A stretch of 53,822 nt of DNA from Chromera velia (taxonomy: Eukaryota), in NCBI GenBank assembly GCA_018398765.1, contig JAHBMJ010000215.1, forward strand, positions 1 through 53,822. The letters run 5' to 3'. Shown in pieces: positions 1 through 20,409 of this stretch (positions within the stretch are counted from its first letter, which is position 1; every line of letters starts with the position of its first letter). The notes under the pieces were generated by a model that made no database searches, was not told the origin of the DNA, and saw only the letters and a program-made list of their open reading frames with translations. A program made the translations under genes and the position numbers.

Positions 1-61
1 CTCCCTCCCTCCCTCCCTCCCTCCCTCCCTCCCTTCCCCTCTCCCTTCATCGCCGCCATGA

Positions 62-121
<60 letters not shown>

Positions 122-136
122 GCGTGTGTGGATCAG

Positions 137-7216
<7,080 letters not shown>

Positions 7217-7559
7217 TCCTGATAGTCCAATGCAGCCAGAAGAAAAATCTATACCAGTGAAGCAATTGCAGGTGCCTCGCCCATTTGCGACGCCAAAACA
7301 TTGAATTCAATCAGCAATGCACGGACTTCTGCATCCATTCCCCAAGATTCTTTGCTGTTAGTGATGGATCGTAAAACGTGATTGCAGGCCAAGTGCAAGT
7401 AAGCGCCTGCAGCGCATGAAATCCATAGAGGGGTTTCAGTCGGAACACCACTAGGAACAAGAAGTTACCAAGAATATTGTAGGTTAAATCTTCACTGTAG
7501 TCTGCTCAGAGGATTGCATTTTCACTAGCATCTTCAGATGGTCTTCTTCAATTAATGCA

Positions 7560-8150
7560 TTCAATTTTCAATTATAATCTAGATTATAATCAATGAAGTG
7601 CTGACTTTTTAAAACTAGGTTTCAAATTAAAATTAAAAAATGTTGTATACAACAACGTACTAGCTTACATCATTTAAAATTAAATACTATATTCTAGTGA
7701 TTGAATGTGTTAACTCATCGTAATACTAAAATGTTGCATTAGTTGTTTAATTCGATATATCTGTCAGTAGACCGCAGAGATTCCTGAAACATAAAATTCT
7801 ACTTACACTGCTAGTAGAAATCTTAGTATATCTGACCATAGTAGATTATTTAGAATTTAACAATTTGTTCAATTTATTTGATGTATAGGCGATATATAGC
7901 TAGCCACACCTTTCAATTTGAAAGTTTAATTATAGTGATTTCAAAAAACTCTCTACAAAAAAGTTCAGAAATACTACATACGTTAGAAATGTGTAAAAAA
8001 TATGCACAATTAGCTAGAGTGTTAAAAACATATTAGAAATATTACAGCCTGAGAAATTTAGAGAAATACTATACAGTATATACTAGAAATATAATATCAT
8101 GATAGAAACCTAATCTAAGAATTCTCTAGAGAATTCTAACTTTTTTATTA
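7560..8150. other. AT/TpA-rich intergenic island, probably decayed transposon DNA
   Basis: No ORFs; abundant TA/CTAG. 7765-7801 matches 20147-20183 with transition differences. Confidence 0.6.
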
Positions 8151-8217
8151 ATGTGCGTATAAACGTGACTCGCTGTATGTCAAAGGCTCTCCTCAATGAC
8201 CATCGGACTACTATATC

Positions 8218-8986
8218 CTATCCTCCACTGATCGGTGGTATAAGAGCAACTTCGTCCTTTTCTGAAATCTCTGTTGACTCTTCTGCAAAGTCCTGGTTCA
8301 CTGCAAATAAACTGGTCGAAACGGCCTGCACACATACGAGCAGAGACAGAAATGAAGAACCGAAATAAAGACGTCAACTTTCACTTCACTAATGTTTGAT
8401 GACGGGGTGCTTGTCTCATGCATGAGCGGCTCAACCTCGTCTCTGAGATCGTACCGCTGCATTGGACCTCTCACCGTCCCGCTCTCTCACAGAGGTGCTA
8501 TGTGTATTTGTGTTGTTGAACTTGTCTGTTTGTCTGCCGCTCTGACCATCTGTCTGTATGTGTGGCAGTCTCTCTCTCGATAGTTCTGTTTCCTCCCTGT
8601 CTCAGTGTGCGTGTCTGTCGCTTCCTTCCTCCCCGTCCTGTGCTACTACTCCCAGAAATGAAATGTGTTGCTTCTCCCCTGTCCCTGTCCCTGCCTCACC
8701 CTCGACACCTGTACAAGATGGGCAGCCCCTCTCTCTTGTGTGTGTGCAAGTGTAAACGTGTATGTGTCTGTCTGCGTGTGTGTGCGAGAGAGATAGAGGG
8801 AGGGAGAGAGAGAGCGAGAAGAGAGAAAAAAGAAAAAAAAGTAGGAAAGACGGAAGGGTGATGCGTGAGAAAGAAACAAAAGAGGAACGAAGGAAGGAAG
8901 GAAGGAAGGAAGAAAGAATGAAAGAACGTAAGAAACAACGGAAGAAAGAAGGAAAGAAACAACGTAAGAAAGAAGGAAAGAACGGA

Positions 8987-9022
<36 letters not shown>

Positions 9023-9148
9023 AAAGAAAGAAAGAACGAAAGCAAGAAAGAAAAGCAAAAAAGAAAGAAAAAAAGAAAGAAAGCAAGCAAGCAAGCAAGC
9101 ACGAACGAACGAACGAACGAACAGAAAGAAAGAACGGAAAGGAAGGAA

Positions 9149-9218
<70 letters not shown>

Positions 9219-9273
9219 GAAGGAAGGAAGGAAAGCAAGCAAGCAAGCAAGCAAGCAAGAAAGAAAGAAAGAA

Positions 9274-9313
<40 letters not shown>

Positions 9314-9429
9314 GAGGAAGGAAGGAAGGAAGGAAGGAAGGACGGAAGGAAGGAAGGAAGGAAGGAAGGAAGGAAGAGAGGAAGGAAGGAAGAAAGGAAG
9401 AAAGTAAGAAAGGAAGGGGGGAAAAAATG

Positions 9430-9460
<31 letters not shown>

Positions 9461-9634
9461 CTCTTTCAATTGGGGAAACTGCGAAACCATTTGCTCTTTC
9501 AGGTGCGATGCCGTGCAGCGACCCGTCTTGCCGTCGAGCTTGACCGCGACTTCAATCGCCTCCTTTCCAACTTTATCTCGGCACCCAGCAAAGAGGAGGA
9601 CTTTCACTTGGCACGATCTCTCCTTCTCGGCCAT
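8218..9634 (-). CDS. MOCS2A: Molybdopterin synthase sulfur carrier (small) subunit, MoaD/MOCS2A, 93 aa
   Basis: Exon 1 9634-9461 (MAEKERSCQVKVLLFAGCRDKVGKE...QFPQLKE) and exon 2 8325-8218 (AVSTSLFAVNQDFAEESTEISEKDEVALIPPISGG*), joined by a phase-0 GT-AG intron. The motifs VLLFA, AVNQ and DEVALIPPISGG with terminal Gly-Gly are typical of MoaD. Confidence 0.93.
8870..9460. repeat. Compound purine-rich microsatellite plus (ACAG)n in the MOCS2A intron
   Basis: Read directly. It shares an idiosyncratic internal block with 4780-4950. Confidence 0.95.
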
Positions 9635-10381
9635 TCTTGCTCTGGACGGTTCCGATCAAACGTTTTCTTTGAGTCTACTCGGCCCTTTCCCTTGATGTTG
9701 TACCATGCGCGAGACTCGGAGGTTGGAGTCCCGCTTGGGCTTCAGAACGCCGTCTCCTGGAGACGCCAAAGTCAACGAGACGGCTTGCTTCCCGACCAGC
9801 TGGCAGGGATCCAAGAGACGAGCAACAGTTGCTGATCAACCTTCTGTCCTGGAGGTGTTCCAGTGTTGAGCAGTTGAATCTTGCACGCAGACGGGGTTTG
9901 ACAATTGGTTGCTGAGCTAAGCAGCACCCAGGCAATCCCAGGCAGGATCGAGACGCCGGCCTGATACTGTGTCTCTAGAGGCATACGTTCATTTTCAGGA
10001 TCTTGCAAGGGCCCGCACATGCAGCCGGGCCGCGCGCGCGGGCCGTGCGCGCAGCCTTTCCGTGCACCAACTCGATCTGTATCTCTCTCTCTTTTTTTTT
10101 TTTTTTACTTTTTCAATTTTGGGTCGTAACGTGCATGCAGGAACGGTCAGTCAGTTAATCGATCGTCAATGAACCATGCAGCTAGTCTGTTTCGTTGCTG
10201 CTGTACGCGTTTGCTCATCAAGTGTGAGAAACGAGTGCAGAGAAGTTAGAGTGAAGAAGTGCACGGGCGTGTGTAAGCGACCACGGTAAACAAAGAAACG
10301 ACCCAACCGACGCAAGTGAACGTCTTCCTGCTGAAGGAAGGACACGCGTGCTGGGAGAAGTAGAGCATCTCTGAGTGAGTG
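9635..10381. promoter_or_regulatory. Probable bidirectional promoter/5' UTR region between divergent MOCS2A and PH-domain genes
   Basis: The two start codons are head to head about 750 bp apart. There is a very GC/CpG-rich core at ~10009-10055 (gccgggccgcgcgcgcgggccgtgcgcgc) and TGCATGCA at ~10132. Confidence 0.55.
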
Positions 10382-11382
10382 ATGTCGACTGGAGATCTGC
10401 TTCCTGCAGCTTCCACTTCGGTGGCAATGTCTGCAAGAGGGAATGCGAGGAACGAGCCTGTGATCCTCAGGCAGGGTCACCTGATGAAACGCGGCAATGG
10501 CGGCCTACGTACGTGCTTCCATGCACGTTTTATGTATGCATGCGTGCATGCATGATATGACCGCACATCGCTCTTTCCTTCCATGCAGTATCTTCGCTTT
10601 TTTGGCACTGAGAGATATTTTCCAACGGGTACTTAATGTCTTCTCCACTGCCTTTCTGCAGGTCGATGGGTAAGGAGGGCCGTCGTAGTGGCAGATACGT
10701 TCTTCCTCTACTGCAAAGAGGGAGAGAACCCACTCATCAAGGAGAGGAGCGCACAGGAGAACAGAGGGGAGATGGAGATCACAACGCAGACTGCCGTGTG
10801 GAGACCTGATTCTTTCAGAGGTCGCTTGGCTTTCTACTTCTCCTTGTACCTTTCCCCTCTTCACCCTCCTGGTTCCCATTGAATTGTCCTCAAATGGGAA
10901 GCTGTTCGTCTACCCTATGTGACTGAATTGCATCTAGACTTGGGCGGGGAGGGAAGCTCGGATTCTCTCACTCACTTTGTGCAAGATCCAAATTTAGGTA
11001 CTTTCTTTCCGCCTTTCCCTCCCGCCCGCCGGCCCGCCCTCTCTCCCCCCTCTGTGTGTGTGTGTGTGTGCGTGGTTTACCATCGTGATTCATCTCAATC
11101 AACCGCAATCGATATGCATATTTGTGATGCCTCACAGGAAAGAAGCACTGCCTGATGGTCTACAACATCGACAAGGGAGGTGCAGTGGAGAAGAAGGCCG
11201 AAGGAGCCGAAGAAGAACAGATCACCGAGCAGAAGAAGATTGAAAGTACGTCAGCCACTTAGTCTATCAGTCAATAACGTGGTCAGGTGCCTGCCTGCTT
11301 GCCTGTCTGCCTGCCTGCCTGAGTGCGATGTCTTGCCACCGCTCTCCCTCGAAATTCCATGTCCCACTTCTCGTTAAGTTCG

Positions 11383-11442
<60 letters not shown>

Positions 11443-14400
11443 CGCTGGCTGGTTTTGCCCTTTGGTTGCCTTCGATACTTCATTTTCGCTATCTCTTTTA
11501 TCTTGGTGTCCCCATCTGAGCTCGTGCGTGCAGTGGTTCCCTTCGAGGGCAACGAGGGCGAATTCTGGAAGGCAAAGGACCCCAAGTTCATCCTGCAGGT
11601 TGGGTGGTTGGTTAGGCGGAGTTGGGAAGAGTGATTCTTTCGTTTGTCCTGCTTGGGTATTGTAATTCCTTGAAGGGAGAATTAAGTGACGCTTGGTATT
11701 CTTCGTCTGTGTGCTTCCTTCAGTTGTACGTTTGGACGCTCTGGCTTCCCCTTCCTTTTGCCATTCCGCACGTCTGCTCCCTTTCCTCTCCTTTCCTCCC
11801 CTTTTCTTTCCCCCCCTTTCCTTTCCTCTCCTTTCCTCTGTTCTCTTCTTTTCTCCTCGCTTCTTTTGTCTTCTTCTCGTCTTCTCTCAGTTTTACCGCT
11901 GTGATTTGGTGGGGAGAGTGCAGGCAGAAGATGCTGCCGACGCCGACGCCTGGGTGAGGGCCGTGGCAAACGCTCGCGACATCGCGTTTGAGATCGAGAC
12001 AGTGCCGGAGTGTCAGGCTGCCTGGAGAAGGAAGCAGCGACTGGAAGAGAAAAAACAGGGGAAGGTGCTCAAAAGCAGTCCGTCAGAACTAAATGTAAGT
12101 GCGGAAGGAAGGAATGGATCGATTTGTTTTCGTTGTCTGCCTGCCTGCCTGTTTCTGAACAGAACTTTCTTCTTTTTCGTCCGCGTCTTTCTTTGTGCAT
12201 ACGACGTGCAGATTTATTCTGATGCCTGTGGCGTTCCGGACTTCCCTTTTCTGTCACTCTCTGGCTGTGCGTACATCCATCCGCCTCTCTGTTTGTCTAC
12301 CAAGCATTTTTTCTCAAAACTCTCGGCCTGCTCTCGCCCTGAAGAGACTTGATGATGCAACGATGCAACGATCCATGAAGTGCGTGGACACTTTCTATGC
12401 GTTCTTCTGTTTGCTATGAATGCAGACGTCTCAACGGTCGTTGGGTGGTGATTATGGCGAAGTCGGGAGTTCGTCTGCTGCCCCTGAGGGGATGATGGAA
12501 CACGGGGAAGGGGAGGACGACGCCGCGACTGAGGCTGAGATCGAACGACTGAAGGAATTGCTTGGAGACGCAGTGATCTTCAGGGAGGGCACCCTTCTGA
12601 AGAGGGGAAACGCAGGCTTGCGTCAGTCTGTCTGCGTATAAGATGTATCAGTTGTTTGCGTTTCGGGTCGTTGTTCAAATCAATCAGTCAAGTGTGCGCG
12701 GATTCATACCTTCACTGTTCAATTTCTTGTACACTCACTCACTCGGTCCCTTGTGCCCCTTTTTAGCTTCATATCCCTCCCTTCTTTTGGTTGCTTTCTG
12801 CTTTGTTCGTTTGCTTGCTTTTCTTCTCTAACTGACAGCCTAGTTAATCGAGGGAAGCTGCCAAATTGACCGAAGCTTTTCTCTTCGGCTCTACAGGTCT
12901 CTGCATGAGTATTTGGGCGGGGGCTCTTTCTTTCCGGTCGTTCCCTTGAGCGCGATGCTCTGGAGTTCTCACAGCATTTTCTGAGAAGAATGTGTAGTCA
13001 GATAAGAAACAGAGACGTCCTGATTTCAGTATTCCTTGACTCATTCACAAGCAAACTACTGTTTGTATCCCTTTGCTGCCCCAAATTTTGAGAGCAGTCG
13101 ATTCATTCCTTTTCTCCCTCAATCCCCTGCCTGTCCGTCTGTGTGCGTGGACTCTTGCATGTGTGTCCGAATGCCTCCGCGTCTGCAGAGAGATGGGTCG
13201 AGCGGGCAGTTGTCCTCGTGGACGCCTCTCTCAGGTCAGTGAAAGGGTCACTGGTAGAGAGAGAACGACAAGAAGAAATACAGCCGAAAATTTATTTCTG
13301 TCTTTTTTTCTTCACTATGCACACAAAGAGCAAAGAGAGGTGGAAAGACCATGACAGGTTCCGCACTCGCCCCTGCACTATAGAAGATCCAGAAACCATC
13401 ATGGAATCAATCGACAGGCGACGAAGACGAGAGATTCTCCTCTGCACCAAAAGGAATGCACACATCAATTCAATATATACATTTTACCCCAAACTTGGAC
13501 TGCAAAACCGGGCAAAATGGACGGGAAGAGTCTGCCTTGGAGGAGTTGCTCCATGGCAGCAGGCCAACGAACAAAACTTTGTTGGAGCTTCTCTCTCTCC
13601 CTCTTCCTCCTTCCCTCGTCCCTTCCTGTCTCCATCTGCGAGTGCGTGCATGATCTGTTTTCGCTTGCATGGTTGCAGGTACGGAAAAGACGCGAAGGAC
13701 CTCCGAGAGGGTCTCTCAAAGCTGGAGTCTGAGGCGAGGGGGGAACTAGAAGTGACCGACAGCACTGCCGTCTTCTCGCCAGAGAACTTCAGGGGTCAGT
13801 GAGGGCCCTAGTGAAAGAACGAGAAGATCATCAGAACTTTCCATTGAAGGGGGGTTGTTTGTGAAAGACAGGCGAAATAAAGAAGCCGGCCAAGGTCTGA
13901 AATGATAGTCACTGAAAGAATCTCACATGCAGCTGCGTGTCCTCTTGGTTTCTCAGTTGGGGGGTTCAGTAAAGCCGGATGAGTAAGACGATCTATACTT
14001 TATTGAGAGGGATGAAGCGATCCAAAACATCCGACGTTGACGTCGCAGTATCACTATTCTCCCAAAGAGAGAGGGGGTGGGGGTTCTGTTGCGGCCGATT
14101 AAGAAGCAGTTTTGGTTGCCCCCTCCCCCTTCCCCCCCTCTACGGATATTCTGATCCTTTTTTGCCTTCCTGGGCAGCCAGTTAGTTCATCTCCTGCTTC
14201 CGCCTCTGCATACATGCCCTCTGAATTCTTTCCCCGGGCCCCTCTTTTTTCATTCCACTGCATGCAGGTCGGGAGAACGTCTTTCTGGTCTACAACGCAG
14301 GGGACCCGTTGGACGCCCAGGAGCCCTCACAGTCGGGGTTCGACAGAGCCCTGGACCCCAAGTTTGTCTTTCAGGCAAACGACGCAGAGGACAGATCCCT

Positions 14401-17400
14401 ATGGGTGAAGGCCCTGGGGGAATCGAAGGACCTCGTCATCGCAGCTTCCGATGATGCAACACATCCTCTGCATGCACGAAAACTCGTTCTCCGATCCCGC
14501 CAACTGGAGACTCTCATGTCCTCCAAGCCCACGCACAAGCGAGGACTGTCACAGGGAAGCAAAAAGAGCCAGAGCCAGGCCGAGCTAACTGAGGGAGAGG
14601 ATCCCCTTGCAGGCCCTGCCGACTCTGCTGAGGATCCCCAGCTGAACCTGACAAGCGGGCAGACGGCCTCAGGGGAGGCTTTCAACATCCTCAACCCCGC
14701 AGACGCAACAGTCCGAGTGACTCCGAACTCTTCCTCTCCCAACTGGGTCGCGGCTCTGCAGAACATGGCAGACGCAGTGGAGGGGGGAATGATCAGGTCC
14801 GCATCGAGGAGTGGCACTGCGGATTTCGAAGTCGCGGAGGGAGACGCGGCGGCAGTGGAGATGACGGGAGAGGACGACATTCTCTCCGGAGCCAATCAAG
14901 GTAAACCGACCGAATCCGCACTGCTGTCTACACCACTTCCCCCTCCCCCAACAAATTCTGCTGAGCAGATGGGTGCATCCAACACATCCCTTCCCGAACC
15001 TCCCGCTGCTGCGGTGCTGGATGCAGGTCTTGCGGACTCCAACCTCATGCCTGTGGCTCCTCAGCCGTCTGCTGCCAGCGGACTGTTGAAGGACAGCAAC
15101 TCATCCGATCTGCAGAATGCACTGCAGAAGAAAGCAGCACAGGCTGCACCCAAAGCCAAATCAAAGGCCAAGGCCAAACAGGCAGTGCCTGCTTCTATGA
15201 AGTCTGGTCCCGGAAAGCAGCCTTCGACATCCTCGATCGGAAAGACAAGCGTGAAGGGAAAGGTGAACACCTCAGCCACCAAATTGAGTGCCGAACAAGC
15301 GGTGGGGGAGACACGAGGAGAAGACCCAGAAGAGGTTTTCAGCCAACCCGAGCCGGAGTCTGACCAGTCCCCTAGAGCACCCACCATGGACTCCATCAAA
15401 TCCAATGCGAGCGCCAAAGCAAAAACCTCCAAACAGACAGCAGCTGCAAAACCCCCGACCTCATCCTCCACAGCAGCAGCCGCAAAGTCAAAAGCCAAAG
15501 CAAAGCCGGGAACAGTCGCGATCCCCGGATCCCGTCGACGATCTTCTGCTGCCTCAGATGCCTCCAAAACATCCACTGTGCCTATCGAGGCCGTCTACGG
15601 TGCACCGAATCCGACGCCTCCTCAAGCAAACTCGAAGACATCGTCTTCCCAGCAGCCAAGCAAGAAACCTCCTTCGACCTCTTCACTAAAGGGAAAGGCG
15701 AGATCACCGGAAACCAGCCCCCCCAACTCCGGACCGCTCGGGGGCACAGTGCCTGCCCACGCAGTCTATGAGGATGGCGTCACTGCTGAGGAGAGGAAGG
15801 TGCTCTCTGCCACTCCGCTGATCGCCTCTCACTCTCAACTCGAAGGGGCGGCCATGGCAGGAGAGGGAGAGGGTGCGGCACGCCCAGGCACTCTGGATTC
15901 TTTCCTCCAGCAAGAATCAGGGGAGGTCGTGGGTGATCTCAACTCTGCAGCCCAACGAACCCCGACTCTGGGTGCTCCTCAGGAAACACCCAATTTCGCA
16001 AACGACAAGACTCCGAATTTCGGAGACGCCGCTTATCCCCAATCGAAATCGTCCAACAGACCAGAAACAGACCAGAGTGGAGAGGGAGGACACCGAGGAT
16101 CCGTCAGCTTCTCTCCGCACAACCGAGCACAGACCCCCCCCCCTGAAGCCTATGAGGCCGTGGAGGCCCTCAGACAGCACAGAAGAACCGCCAGTCAGTC
16201 TCAGAAGCAGGCCAAGGGAGCGTCAGCAAAAGGCCCCGCACCCGCACCCCAGACTATCCAAGGCATTGCACCAGCAGGCCCCAACTACTACACCACAGAG
16301 AAGGGCAAAAATACCGCCGCTACCAGAGGAAAGAGCCCTGCACCGCCTCCTGCCATGGTTAACCTCCCCGCCTTCTCTACCACACCGCCCACGCACTCCC
16401 GCATCACAATGGCCAACGTCACACCTCCTGTGAACATTTCCTCCACCCCTCTGGAGATGTCCCCTCTCAGTGCAGCTGAGTGGTTGCACCAGCTCCCTCT
16501 GGGATTTGCAGTCCCGCCCATGTCTATCGCATCACCCGCCACCACACCAATCCCGCATCTGTCCCCTCAGACGCCCAGGTCAACTCTAGGCGGACCCCAG
16601 CCCCCTGCAACGACTCAGCAGATCAACAGGACAACCCAATGGGGGGCAGGCCCCTCCTATCCTCCGCAGTACGCAGTTCCGTTCCCCTTCCCTCCAGTGC
16701 AAGTGGTGTCAGTTCCCTCTGTTCCGATCTACACACCCGTCTCCATGCAGCAGCCTTCCACTGTGCAAACACCGACGGGCATCCAGCAGCAACCCGCAGA
16801 ACAAGCCTACACCCCCCCCGCAACTCCGCGTGCCCAGATCAGTGCTGTAGGCGTGCCCTCTCCTGGGAGGCAAATGCCTGCAGGACCTCCCGTCTATCCT
16901 CCCATGCAGACCCTCTCCTTCCAGCCCGCTGCTGTGATGACCATGCATGCACCCCGGCCGTCAGCCGTCCCCACATTCCCAACAAGAGGCTCCGCCCAGA
17001 TCCCGCCTCTTATGCTCCCCGGGAAGCCCCCTCTTCCCCCCAACCACGCCCAGCAACTCCCTCCCAGGAGCACCACGGTCATGCGACAACAGCCTCCGGT
17101 GATGTGGGCAGCACCCTCACCTGTTTACTCCACGCCCACGGGGGGATTTTTCCCCTTCTTCCCCCCTGCACAGGCTGCTGTCACGATGAACCAACAGATG
17201 CATAGGGCTCCCTACTCTCGCGCCAGCTCTCCCATTCCAAGTCCTCAAATGAAACCCGTCGCACTCCAGTCCCCGAGACCGTCAGTTCTGTCCTCACAAA
17301 GACCGTCTGTCGTCTCCCCTGCCCTTCCTCCCGCAGCTGGGCAGTCTCCCTTGCTCCCGCCCGCCCGTGCAATGTCCCCCTCCCTTATTCCCGGACCGCA

Positions 17401-17642
17401 GGGTGTCGCCTCTCCGATCCCGTCCCCCGGTTTCGTGGCCATGCCCAGTCCTCGACTGGCAGGCATGCCCCCCGCCNCCCGGAGCAGTGATCAGTCCAGC
17501 GGGAACGCCGCGCAGAGGGACAGGAAGGCCGTCCATCTCCCTCAACACAGCACAACCGATGGTCCACCCAGCAGCTCCTGCCCAAAGAGGGTCTGGAGAC
17601 GGCACCAGTCCCCAGACGAGAAGCTGCCTGTGCGGCGACTGA
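10382..17642 (+). CDS. Protein with two N-terminal pleckstrin homology (PH) domains and a long Ser/Pro/Ala-rich disordered tail
   Basis: Exons 10382-10508, 10662-10820, 11138-11245, 11534-11598, 11924-12094, 12426-12621, 13189-13234, 13679-13794, 14268-~17642, all phases consistent. PH1: VILRQGHLMKRGNGGLRRWVRRAVVV...FILQAEDAADADAWVRAV. PH2: IFREGTLLKRGNAGLQRWVERAVVL...FVFQANDAEDRSLWVKAL. The 3' end depends on an ambiguous base at 17477 (stop at 17642 or 17656). Confidence 0.9.
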
Positions 17643-19296
17643 GAGAGGACAGATGACGAAAAGAAGAAAGGAAGGAGGGGAACAGGGAAAGAAGGAGGGA
17701 AGAAGGGGAGCGGATGGGGAGGGAGAGAGATTGGGAGAGGAGAGAAGAGAAAAGGGTCAGAAGTGATTCGACTGAGCCGGAAGACAGAACTCAGAAAAGC
17801 AGAAAGCACAAAATGACAGAAAAGATCTTCTCATCAGTTGAGTGGGTAAACGAGAACGGAGAGTTGCCACTTCTTTCGTCTCTCAGTATTCTTTTTTTCT
17901 TTTCTCACTCGAATCATGGGACGGAACGTCTGTCGAAGATTGCTCTCGATCCCTCAATTAACAGAGCAGGAAGGAATCAAGAAGACATCGAAAGAAATAC
18001 TTGGAAAGATAAAATGGGCATGGAGGAACTGAGTCCATGCCATGGAATCGAAATTCTCTTTCTGACTTTTCTTTCCTTTCTCTCCTGTCATCAACCAGCC
18101 GTTTTCAGAAAGGCCATCCAGGATTGGAGGATGAATGGGTGCATTGATTGCGTGTGCGTAGAAGGGAAACAAAGGGGAAAGGGGGGAAAGGGAGGGAACG
18201 AGAGAGGGGAAACAGCCCCTGCACTGTGCTTCGTGATCTTTCAATGCAAGACCATGCATGTGTGCACGTACCTGAGGTGTGACTGATGTGATGGGTGAGT
18301 GCATGGTTGACTGACCGCCTTTTCCACCACCCGGGTCCCGTCTTCGTCCTTGGATAGCCTGCCCGGCTTTCAACTTGATTCCTTTGTGCATGAGAAAGGC
18401 GAAAAGCGAAAAGAAACACAAGGATCATCGGGTGGATTGGTCGGTGGTCTTGGAGTCGCTAGGCAGCGACTGAGAGAGATTCCATGCACAGAGCATGGAC
18501 ATCCGAATGAGAGAGCGCGCAAAGAAGAATACAAACAAAGACTCATGCGAAGCAAGCAAGAAAACACGGGGGGAGACGGGAGACAGACAGGCGGAGAGAG
18601 AAGGAGACTGGTACTTATGGGGGGGGGAAAGGGATGAGAGGCAGCAATAAACCATCCAGAGAGCCTGGCTTGCAAGACACGGGACGTAAAAGCCTTGCCG
18701 TGGGAGTAAACGCTTGTTGATTTGCAAAAGGGCAAAATACGCAGTGACGTGAATGCATCTCTTTTCTTTTGGTTTTACCGCAACGGACCTATCTGCATTC
18801 TGTCCTTCTCCACCTCCTCTTCAGTCTCTTGCCCCTCTTTCTATCTTCCTGTCTGTTTTTCTGTCACTTCTTGGTTGCCTTTTGTACGGCTTATCAAACA
18901 ACGCGAAGTCTCTCTCTCTTTCTCGTTAATTCTGTCCGTCTGTCTGTCTGTCTGTCTGTCTGTCAGTTGGAAGACTGGATGGAGCATAAACGTTGACGAA
19001 GGGCCGATCCACGGAATTGGCTCCGCGTTTTCTTTGAATTCACCCGCGTCTGGTCGTTCAGTCACCCGATCAAACAATCACCCGATCAATTGACCGCCCC
19101 ACCCGGCCGTTTGTCGACCCAAACTCATTCCCACTCCTCATTCATGCACGAATTCGTCAACTCAATCAATTGCTTCAGGTGTTCCTCCATTCTTGTATCT
19201 ATCTCATGAATCAATAAGTGAATGAATGCGTGAGGCCTCTTCAAACGAACAACCATGCATTCATGCAGATTCATACCAGACATGCACAAAACCAGC

Positions 19297-19335
19297 CGGC
19301 GCACAGCTGCGGCGCACAGCTGCGGCGCACAGCTG
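19297..19335. repeat. Three perfect tandem copies of the 13-mer CGGCGCACAGCTG
   Basis: Read directly. Confidence 0.9.
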
Positions 19336-20409
19336 GTTGACCTAATCAATGGGCTTCAGCATTGCTTTCTTGCACCGAAGCCCTGCATATTTGGTTCTCA
19401 TGCACGATACTTTCTGCACGTGGAGGGTAGGATCAACATTGACGGAAAGAAATTGTGATTGAAAAAATTGAGGAATGTGAGAAGTGAGAGCCACCGTTGC
19501 ATGTGTTCATTTTTCTCCCCTATGGCCGCATGCAAAGAACAAAGAAGGAGCGACCAGCCCACCATAAAAACTACCTTTCTTCGCTATACAACTTGGTTAC
19601 GTTGATCAACAGAAGAGACCGCACCGCGTGCTGTGTGAACGGTGATTAATTCACTGTTCTCGACAGTAATCCTGCATCACGATGGCTGAGTCACTACTCC
19701 AAGATCTCAATTTGCTTTTGATTGCAAGAGCTCCCGATTGGGCGTTGATCACTTCAATCTCAAATTCTCGTCCACTCACTGACATCTATGTACTCATTCA
19801 TCGCCACGATCAGACCAACTATTCATATTTTGAGTCCATTCATTCAATATCTGCAAAAGACGTACAATATTGACAGTGAATTCAATGACAAACACAAAAA
19901 GTAATTCATGAGACTGACATGAGTCAAAAAATGGTACAAGTCTACTAAGATTAAATTTAACTTAAATTTCTATCATTTTTTTTAGAGTCAGATCATTAAT
20001 TAGTTTTTGGTCTGAATTTAAGCAGTCTGATCAGCCGTAGCCCGCATGGTGCCGCATTGATACAGTCTAAAGTTTCATCGATAGGGCGTATCCTAGGGCG
20101 TATCTTTGTTGTTTGACATATTATAGCGGTGCAAGCCAACACCTGACAGTGGACCGCAGGGATTCCCGGAATATAAAATTCTATATCCTATTCTATTATA
20201 TTCACATGTAGGGCAACTTTTGATATAATGGTGATACTGCTACAACTGGTACTATACCTAGTATTATACTAGTAGTTGTAACTTGTAAATGGTGCAACTA
20301 TAGTTTTGCAGCTATATCATTGACACACTCTAGGACATACTTCGTATAGTTCACCTTCCTTCTTCATGAATCCTAGTAGTATAGATCAATTTTTGATAAA
20401 AATAATTGT

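Noticed and set aside
8602..9835. 357-aa and 312-aa ORFs
   Set aside because: They read through a microsatellite; only 9634-9461 on the minus strand is coding (MOCS2A exon 1).
9675..10020. Minus-strand ORFs upstream of MOCS2A as a MoaE partner
   Set aside because: No MoaE motifs; probably UTR or promoter.
14371..17809. Antisense and alternate-frame ORFs over the large PH-gene exon
   Set aside because: Expected shadows of a GC-rich low-complexity exon.
17700..19500. Possible small spliced minus-strand gene
   Set aside because: No phase-consistent exon chain or recognisable peptide could be built.
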